From Dehalococcoidia bacterium (GTDB lineage Bacteria > Chloroflexota > Dehalococcoidia > Plut-88900): 64,000 nucleotides of DNA. Below, piece by piece: positions 57,580 to 64,000 of this stretch. The translations under genes were made by a program, and so were the position numbers. Where the stretch lies: contig CBDFLQ010000007.1 of assembly GCA_965249275.1 (NCBI GenBank), positions 384,001 through 448,000 on the forward strand, written 5' to 3'. The notes under the pieces were generated by a model that was not told where the DNA came from, did not search any database, and was given only the letters and a program-made list of their open reading frames with translations. How positions within the stretch are numbered: the first letter of the stretch is position 1; each line of letters starts with the position of its first letter.

Positions 57580-58419
57580 TCACAGTAAAATTCGCTCCAG
57601 GACTACATCGCTGCCCACCCGGGCCCCGGTCCGGGCCGCCGCATTGCCGTTGCGCTCCGCTATTTCCACGTATCCGGCGCTGCCTATTATAGGGAATAGG
57701 TCTTCTCCCTCGGCAAAAGTGCGTGCTAGCGCATTGATGGGACATTCATCAACCATGCCTCTCACCGTGCCTTCAGGCACTTGGTCAGCGCGTATGCTCG
57801 TTATCAGGTTCCCGAACCTGTCCACATGCATTACTTTGGCCACAATCCTACCCTGTTCGTCAACTTTTGCCGAAGGACGAGGATAAGCCAGCACCGACGT
57901 AATCGGCTCACCCATGTCTGCAAGCTCAACGTCCGGCAGTTGGGACGCGACCGGTGCGAATATGTCCCGACCGTGGAAGGTGTTGCTCACTTCCAGAAGC
58001 CAGTAGCGTGAATCCGTCAGCCGGACACCCTCGAATCCCTCCGGGAGGAGACACGGGTTGGCTTCTTCGTCTTCTTTGGACTCAGGTGCCTCGTCTTCAG
58101 TCCAGACATCGGCGAGTACGTGGCTGAAGACACCGTTGTCGGGGCCGACGAAGAACTGGCCCATCCCGCTCAGGCACAGTGCATTTCGCTCAGTCCCGAC
58201 CCCCGGGTCAACCACCACGAGATGGACCGTGTCCTTGGGAAAGTACTTGTACGACATCCCCAGCACAAAAGCCGCACTCTTTACGTTGCCGGGCTCAATT
58301 TCGTGGGTTATGTCTACTATTTGGACCTGCGGGCTGATCGCCAGCAAAACGCCCTTCATCATGCCGACGTAACCGTCGCTCTGCCCGAAGTCCGTGATAA
58401 GCGTTACTATCGAGGCCAA
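57580..58419 (-). CDS. SAM hydroxide adenosyltransferase (DUF62, fluorinase/chlorinase family)
   Basis: TLITDFG, VVDPGVGTER, GPDNG, SNTFHGRDIFAP and DRFGNLIT motifs. Confidence 0.92.
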   Translation of the reverse strand: MASIVTLITDFGQSDGYVGMMKGVLLAISPQVQIVDITHEIEPGNVKSAAFVLGMSYKYFPKDTVHLVVVDPGVGTERNALCLSGMGQFFVGPDNGVFSHVLADVWTEDEAPESKEDEEANPCLLPEGFEGVRLTDSRYWLLEVSNTFHGRDIFAPVASQLPDVELADMGEPITSVLAYPRPSAKVDEQGRIVAKVMHVDRFGNLITSIRADQVPEGTVRGMVDECPINALARTFAEGEDLFPIIGSAGYVEIAERNGNAAARTGARVGSDVVLERILL

Positions 58420-58474
58420 TTGATTAGCGCAGTTACTGCTCGATGACTAGTTCGGGCCGAGGGACGCAGGCCTG

Positions 58475-58690
58475 TCAGGAAAAGCGTACGCTGAGGAATG
58501 AGATGAGGATAAATACGGCGATCAGGCCGATGGTAACCTGAAAAAGGGTTTTCTCAAGCCCGCGGCGTGTGCGGAAACCCGTGCTGGCCCCGCCGAACAC
58601 CCCGCCCATCCCCTGCCCCTTCACCTGGAGCAGGATCACCGCAACCAGGGCCACCGAAATAATTATCTGGACTACGTTTAGCAATGACAT
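58475..58690 (-). CDS. secG: Preprotein translocase SecG
   Basis: ILLQ.KG.G.GG.FGG...RTRRGLEKTL with two TM helices. Confidence 0.92.
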   Translation of the reverse strand: MSLLNVVQIIISVALVAVILLQVKGQGMGGVFGGASTGFRTRRGLEKTLFQVTIGLIAVFILISFLSVRFS

Positions 58691-58725
58691 ATGGATTACG
58701 CCTTACGATCTCGCCCATTCGCGGG

Positions 58726-60237
58726 CTATTTCATACGCTCCCTGAGAAGCTCGTTCACCTTTGCCGGGTTCGCTTTGCCCCGGGTCGCCTTCATAACCTG
58801 GCCAACCAGGAACCCAATGGCCCGGGCGTTGCCTGCAGCGAAGTCGGACACTGCGTTCGGATTCTGGCTCAACACCTCTTCCACTACCGTGGCTATCTCC
58901 CCGGAATCCGTGATCTGCACCAGTCCTCTATCCTTAACGATGTCCGAAGCGGCCTTGCCGGTCTCGTACATCTCCTGGAATACGTCCTTGGCCATCTTCC
59001 CGGAAAGGGTGTTGTCATCTACCAGGTCGATTAGCTGGGAAAGGCCCGAGGTAGAAATCTTGGCTTGGCCTATGTCTTCTCCGGCTGAGTTAAGGTGCTG
59101 TGAGAAGTCTCCCAGCAGCCACACGCCCACCGACCTCGCCCTCTTCTCCGCTTTGCCGTTCTTGCTTTCGTTACTGCATCCGACAGCCTCTTCGAAAAAG
59201 TCAGCCATCGCCTTGTTGTTGACCAGGGTGTCGGCATCCTTGGGCTGGAGGCCAAATTCAGAAATGAATCTCTCGACTCGGGCGTCCGGCAGTTCGGGAA
59301 GCCGAGCCCTGATCTCATCGACCCATGCAGGGTCGATTTTCATTGCAGGTAGATCGGGTTCCGGAAAATACCTGTAGTCGTGGGCGTATTCCTTGCTCCG
59401 CTGGGACACCGTAATTCCCTTGTCTTCCACCCAGCCCCGGGTCTCCTGGTGAATCGGCAGCCCTTCCGAAGTGGCCCGCACTTGCCGCTCGAACTCGTAT
59501 CTGAGAGCCCGATACACGGCGCGGAAACTGTTCATGTTCTTAACTTCGACCTTCGATTGAAGGTCGGTCGAGCCTCGGGGCCTTATGCTGATGTTGGCAT
59601 CACAGCGGAAGCTGCCTTCTTCCATGTTGCCCGTCGAAACGCCCAGATATTGCAAAATGGTGCGCAGCTTTACGAGGTACTGACGCGCTTCCTCCGCTGA
59701 ACGCAGGTCGGGCTCCCCGACTATCTCCATGAGCGGCGTGCCTGACCGGTTCACGTCCACCCGAGACCAGCGCTCCCCGCCATCCCCGTCCACGTGAATT
59801 AGCTTCGCCGTGTCTTCTTCCAGGTGCACCCTGGTCAGCCTCGCGTTCCTGATTCCATCCTCAGTCTCCACGGAGAGCCAGCCCCCCCCGCAAAGAGGCA
59901 TGTCGAACTGGGAAATCTGGTATCCCTTCATCAGGTCCGGGTAAGGGTAGTTCTTCCGATCGAACTTCGTGTGCTCGGCAATGGTGCTGTTGAGTGCAAG
60001 GCCGGTCTTGATGGCGTATTCCACCGCCTTGCGATTGATGACAGGAAGGGTCCCCGGCATCCCGAGGCATACAGGGCAGACCCGGGAGTTGGGATCAGTG
60101 TCCGTGTAGGCTGACGCGCAGCCACAGAACATCTTGCTCCGGGTCTTGAGCTGAGAGTGTACTTCCAGTCCGATGACTGCCTCGAATTCGTCGAGAGGCA
60201 GTTCGTTGGTCGAGACAGCAGTTTTGGTAGTAGTCAA
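58726..60237 (-). CDS. gatB: Asp/Glu-tRNA amidotransferase subunit B
   Basis: VIGLEVH, FDRKNY.YPDL.KGYQISQ, HLEED and YRYFPEPDL motifs. Confidence 0.97.
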   Translation of the reverse strand: MTTTKTAVSTNELPLDEFEAVIGLEVHSQLKTRSKMFCGCASAYTDTDPNSRVCPVCLGMPGTLPVINRKAVEYAIKTGLALNSTIAEHTKFDRKNYPYPDLMKGYQISQFDMPLCGGGWLSVETEDGIRNARLTRVHLEEDTAKLIHVDGDGGERWSRVDVNRSGTPLMEIVGEPDLRSAEEARQYLVKLRTILQYLGVSTGNMEEGSFRCDANISIRPRGSTDLQSKVEVKNMNSFRAVYRALRYEFERQVRATSEGLPIHQETRGWVEDKGITVSQRSKEYAHDYRYFPEPDLPAMKIDPAWVDEIRARLPELPDARVERFISEFGLQPKDADTLVNNKAMADFFEEAVGCSNESKNGKAEKRARSVGVWLLGDFSQHLNSAGEDIGQAKISTSGLSQLIDLVDDNTLSGKMAKDVFQEMYETGKAASDIVKDRGLVQITDSGEIATVVEEVLSQNPNAVSDFAAGNARAIGFLVGQVMKATRGKANPAKVNELLRERMK

Positions 60238-60332
60238 CGTCTATCGCGGGGTAGAAACCTTGTTAATTCAGTATAGCATCGGCCCCCGACCCTAACAACG
60301 CGCACAGTCCCGCACCCTACCTGGGACTGACC

Positions 60333-60995
60333 TCAGCTCTTCCACGCCCCGTCTCCGATAAGCGGGACGAAACGGCACTGTGCCAGCCCCTTGACCCTCG
60401 GCTTGCCCTTTCGCCTTTCGATGAGTTTCAGGTCCTGCATGTCCCTGTCCCCTACGGGGAGCACCATCTTCCCGCCCACCACTAGCTGATCCATCAGCAC
60501 ATCAGGTATCCGCGGTGCCGCTGCCGACACCACAATCGCATCATACGGCGCAAGCTCCGGGTATCCCAATTGCTCCTCCACCGACTCCACCCGAACGTTC
60601 CTGAACCCAAGTTGGTCCAATCGCCCCTGGGCATCCCGCGCCAGTTCCGGTACTCGCTCCACGGTCACCACTCTAGCCGACAGCTGTGCCAGCAGGGCCG
60701 TCTGGTACCCGCTCCCCGTCCCAACCTCCAGCACTGACTCGCTTCCATTTAGGGACAATGCTTGCAGCATCAGGGCCACTATGTATGGCTGGGATATGGT
60801 CTGACCGAAGCCTATAGGCAGCGGGTGGTCCCTATAGACAAATTCCCGCGAGACCATCGGTACGAATGCCTCCCGGGGAGTGCGGGCAAAGGCGTCGAGG
60901 ACTCTACGGTCTTTTATTCTGGAGGCAAGGTCGTTCATCATCCCTTGTTGGGCGATGTCCAATGCACCCCAGTCCCCATTTTGAGCCACGTTCAC
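60333..60995 (-). CDS. pcm: Protein-L-isoaspartate O-methyltransferase
   Basis: GQTISQPYIVA, VLEVGTGSGYQ, APYDAI and RFVPL motifs. Confidence 0.95.
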   Translation of the reverse strand: MNVAQNGDWGALDIAQQGMMNDLASRIKDRRVLDAFARTPREAFVPMVSREFVYRDHPLPIGFGQTISQPYIVALMLQALSLNGSESVLEVGTGSGYQTALLAQLSARVVTVERVPELARDAQGRLDQLGFRNVRVESVEEQLGYPELAPYDAIVVSAAAPRIPDVLMDQLVVGGKMVLPVGDRDMQDLKLIERRKGKPRVKGLAQCRFVPLIGDGAWKS

Positions 60996-61101
60996 CTCAC
61001 CCCCTGGCCCGAGTCAGCGATTCAATTAGAGTGTACCAACGCAGGTCGGTATCCGCACCGGTGCTATAATCTCTCAACCAATCCCGTGCAGGAGCGTCGA
61101 T

Positions 61102-61854
61102 ATCGAGCCGGAGAGAATTAGGTCCATCCTGGAGCAGGTTAAGGGCGGGTCCCTGAGCGTTGACGAAGCGTTCGAGGGGCTCCGATTCCTGCCCTATCAG
61201 GACTTGGGATTTGCCAAGATAGACCATCATCGGAGCCTACGCAAAGGCGTCCCGGAAGTGGTCTTTGGCGAGGGTAAAACCGTCCCGCAGATCACGGCCA
61301 TCACCAAGGAGCTCGCCGACCAGGCTGGCCGGTTCATGGTTACCCGCACCTCAACCGAAGCCTTCGAGGCCGTATCCAAGCAAGTACCCGACGCCCGATA
61401 CAACGAGCCTGCAAGGATAATCTGGCTGGACCGCCGAGAGAACCTAGTCCTTAAACATGGCGTGACTATCGTCACCGCCGGCACCGCCGACCTCCCCGTC
61501 GCAGAAGAGGCGGCCGTCACCTGCCGGATCATGGGCCACGACCCTCTCACCCTCTACGACGTCGGTATAGCCGGCATTCACCGGTTGCTGTCTAACGTTG
61601 AGGTCTTGCAGAAAGCCAACGTCATCGTGGCGGTTGCGGGAATGGAGGGCGCGCTTCCTAGCGTTGTCGGCGGCCTGGTCCAGGCCCCTGTTATCGCAGT
61701 CCCGACAAGCGTGGGCTACGGCGTCGGCATTGGCGGCCTGGGCGCGCTGATGACAATGCTCAACAGCTGCTCCCAAGGCGTGGCCGTGGTCAATATCGAC
61801 AACGGATTCGGGGCCGGGTACCTGGCCGCGATTATCAACCAGACCCGGTCCTGA
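61102..61854 (+). CDS. larB: Nickel pincer cofactor biosynthesis protein LarB
   Basis: DHHRSLRKG.PEVV, GTADLPVAEEA, DVG.AG.HRL, AGMEGALPSV, PTSVGYG and VNIDNGFGA; the conserved N-terminus extends to 61102. Confidence 0.9.
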   Translation: MEPERIRSILEQVKGGSLSVDEAFEGLRFLPYQDLGFAKIDHHRSLRKGVPEVVFGEGKTVPQITAITKELADQAGRFMVTRTSTEAFEAVSKQVPDARYNEPARIIWLDRRENLVLKHGVTIVTAGTADLPVAEEAAVTCRIMGHDPLTLYDVGIAGIHRLLSNVEVLQKANVIVAVAGMEGALPSVVGGLVQAPVIAVPTSVGYGVGIGGLGALMTMLNSCSQGVAVVNIDNGFGAGYLAAIINQTRS

Positions 61855-61944
61855 TCACGGCGCTCCCCCCAAGGGACTCAACCAGGACCGCTTTCAGATT
61901 CGGTTTTCCCTGAACAGTAATGCGACCGGCGCTTGAGCGCCTCG

Positions 61945-62172
61945 TTATCCGGCCTTGCGGACTTCGAGTACTTCTCCCGGCGCCAAGGCCACGCGTCGTA
62001 CGTTAACGCCAAACTTCAGTAACCAGTACCACAGTGTGCCCTTGTTGACTTCCATGTCCTCCGCCATACCGGGCAGCCCCATGCGGTTGTACATCTCCGG
62101 CAGCAGTTCCTCCAGCGGCCGGTTGTAGCGTTCCTCGACGCGGCGCATCAGTTTACTCTTACGAGTAGCCAA
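61945..62172 (-). CDS. Small basic hypothetical protein, probable helix-turn-helix
   Basis: GGAGG RBS; 'GLPGMAEDMEVNKGTLWYWLLK' HTH-like pattern. Confidence 0.7.
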   Translation of the reverse strand: MATRKSKLMRRVEERYNRPLEELLPEMYNRMGLPGMAEDMEVNKGTLWYWLLKFGVNVRRVALAPGEVLEVRKAG

Positions 62173-62202
62173 AATAACCTCCCACCTCCTGAGGTTGGCT
62201 TC

Positions 62203-62231
62203 ACTCTAGCATCGCTTTAGAACCTGGTCAA
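62203..62231 (-). promoter_or_regulatory. Sigma70 promoter for the small HTH gene
   Basis: Minus strand TTGACC-17 nt-TAGAGT. Confidence 0.55.
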
Positions 62232-62289
62232 GATTTAGTCACAAAAGGTCTAGGTCAGTTACAGTACTGGCTATAGAAACATTCAGAAC

Positions 62290-62916
62290 TTGATTGAAGC
62301 TAAATCCGGGCAGGCTTGTTTATCATCCGACGTCCATGGCAGAATACCCCCGAGCGGCGACCCATTCTACCGATTACCCAACTATCCCAAGCCCAACGAG
62401 CATCGAAGAGTGCTGAACAAACAACCGCCTAACCCCATCCTGGCCACCCGCCAGAACCACGCCCTGGAGCACGCTACAATCGCCATTCTCCTCCAGCGCA
62501 GCGGCGTCAATACAAGGATCGCGGGTCGCGCGTCCGCAGGAGGGTTCCACCTTTACGGGAACCTGTCCACCCACGTGGTCGAGGATGCGGCCCGGGAGGC
62601 CCTCCGACGCCTGAAGAACGGCGAGGCAGAATTGGCCCTTTCGCCCTTCTGCGGCACTAACATCGCTGTCGCGGGGATATTGGCCGGAGTGGCTTCCATC
62701 CTGGCTATGGGCTCCGGAAACAGGTTTCTCAACCTGCCCCGAGTCATCCTTGCCACTATGGTCGCGGTGCTGGCCGCCCAGCCGTTGGGCAAGCTGGTGC
62801 AGAAGAGGCTGACCACTCACACGGACCTGAGCAGTATGGCAATCACCGCCGTGTCCAAGTCGGGCCTGGGCCCCTGGTCTTCCCACAGAATAGACACCGC
62901 TTTTACGTTAGAATAG
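62290..62916 (+). CDS. DUF6391-like protein (start uncertain, possibly near 62410)
   Basis: RQNHALEHATI, GFHLYG and GE.ELALSPFCGTN motifs followed by two TM helices. Confidence 0.7.
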   Translation: MIEAKSGQACLSSDVHGRIPPSGDPFYRLPNYPKPNEHRRVLNKQPPNPILATRQNHALEHATIAILLQRSGVNTRIAGRASAGGFHLYGNLSTHVVEDAAREALRRLKNGEAELALSPFCGTNIAVAGILAGVASILAMGSGNRFLNLPRVILATMVAVLAAQPLGKLVQKRLTTHTDLSSMAITAVSKSGLGPWSSHRIDTAFTLE

Positions 62917-62953
62917 GCCCGGGCGCCGAGTACCGGGCCACGAGACTGAGTCC

Positions 62954-63029
<76 letters not shown>

Positions 63030-63099
63030 GCCCCCAGCCCGCGCCATCCGTGTATAAAGCCCAATCTAGTCCAGAGTGAGACGAACAAGGAGTGTACTT

Positions 63100-63423
63100 A
63101 TGATCTACGAACTCAGGTCCTACTACGCGGCTCCCGGCAAGATGGACGCCCTTAACAGCAGGTTCCGGGACCACACTTGCGAAATCTTCGAAAGGCACGG
63201 CATGACGGTCGTGGGCTTCTGGACGCCCGAGGGCAAAGAGCAGGAGCTCCTGGTCTACATGCTTGGCTTTGAAGACGCCGAGCACATGAAGAAGTGCTGG
63301 GCATCCTTCGGTGCAGACGAAGAGTGGATTAAAGTCCGCGCCGACAGCGAGGTAGACGGCGAGCTCGTATCCAGCCTCGAAAGCTCGGTTTTCATACCCA
63401 CCGACTACTCGGCAATCAAATAG
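63100..63423 (+). CDS. NIPSNAP family protein
   Basis: MIYELRSY...PGKMDAL..RF, GFW, W..F..D.EW and PTDYS motifs; AAGGAG RBS. Confidence 0.9.
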   Translation: MIYELRSYYAAPGKMDALNSRFRDHTCEIFERHGMTVVGFWTPEGKEQELLVYMLGFEDAEHMKKCWASFGADEEWIKVRADSEVDGELVSSLESSVFIPTDYSAIK

Positions 63424-63448
63424 CCCACCGACCGAACAGCGCTAAAGC

Positions 63449-63485
63449 AAGAGAGGGGAACGGCAGAGCCGCTCCCCTCTCTTTT
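63449..63485. terminator. Intrinsic terminator
   Basis: AAGAGAGGGGA-A-CGGC-AGA-GCCG-C-TCCCCTCTCTTTT hairpin between convergent genes. Confidence 0.8.
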
Positions 63486-63535
63486 ATCCCGTCCGGCAAT
63501 GGGCCCCGGTCGGGTCTAGTTTCGTCTCTTGTTTC

Positions 63536-64000
63536 CTACTGGATGTCAGCGAGGAATGTTTCCATTCTCTCAGCCAGGGCGTCCAGGTTGCTACCCAGCC
63601 AAATCTCGTCAACCACGACGGCCTTTTCAAGCGCGTTGGGGGACGTGGGGAGGTTGTCCAAGAGAGTCTGGTCAACTCCCTCGAGGTCTGTGGTGACCAA
63701 CGGCAGGGCCTGAAGGTTCAGGGGTCCGTAGGTGATGTACTTGATCATCTCTACGTTGATGTGCGGCTCGGCCGACCAGGAGATGAACAGCTCTGCGAGT
63801 TCCTTGTTGGGAGAACCCTTCGGAATGTAGAACACGTCGGTCTGCATCAGGTGTCCGCAATCGAAGCAGTATTCGACGTTGTCGCCACCCTCTTCGATCT
63901 GGACGTTCCAGATGCGGCCATTCCAGGCTGTGCACATGTCCGCTTCGTCGTTTAGCAGGGCCGCCGGGCAGTCGGTGCCGGCAGTCCACCAGAACTGGAT
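63536..64000 (-). CDS. ABC transporter substrate-binding protein, PotD/polyamine family, 5'-truncated
   Basis: Open to the window edge: WWTAG....LL.DEADM..AWNGR, IPKGSPNKELA..FI and YGP.N motifs. Confidence 0.82.
   Translation of the reverse strand: MQFWWTAGTDCPAALLNDEADMCTAWNGRIWNVQIEEGGDNVEYCFDCGHLMQTDVFYIPKGSPNKELAELFISWSAEPHINVEMIKYITYGPLNLQALPLVTTDLEGVDQTLLDNLPTSPNALEKAVVVDEIWLGSNLDALAERMETFLADIQ

Noticed and set aside
57580-58419. True fluorinase or chlorinase
   Set aside because: It keeps the Asp-Arg-His triad motifs (VVDPGVG..R, TFHGRD) typical of hydroxide-utilising DUF62 enzymes.

Overview
A GC-rich bacterial chromosomal segment. Gene content (TIGR03662/TIGR03663-type glycosylation genes, large Alu-type SRP RNA, luciferase-like and Rieske enzymes) suggests Chloroflexota, probably Dehalococcoidia/SAR202-like; this is inference. 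Left to right: an alternative complex III (ACIII/Qrc-like) operon with an inserted luciferase-like oxidoreductase gene, a System I cytochrome c maturation cluster, two D-amino-acid-oxidase-like paralogs flanking a GNAT, a 1.1 kb intergenic region, an acyl-CoA synthetase, mutL/mutS, a NuoE/NuoF/FdhF-like module, a membrane glycosylation cluster, ftsY, rnc, a CCA-adding enzyme, ogg, ispE/rsmA, SRP RNA, ispD/ispF/cysS, gatB, pcm, larB and tRNA-Arg(TCT). The strongest unannotated signals are: (1) a ~402-nt highly structured minus-strand RNA candidate at 20581-20982 that I cannot assign to a known family, overlapped by an antisense promoter with a LexA-like box; (2) a DsbA-like selenoprotein (in-frame UGA plus SECIS-like hairpin, U-P-Y-V motif) truncated in the ORF track; (3) a CcmE with Glu at the heme-attachment position; (4) an ATC-initiated larB. 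All calls come from reading the sequence by eye; no searches were run.
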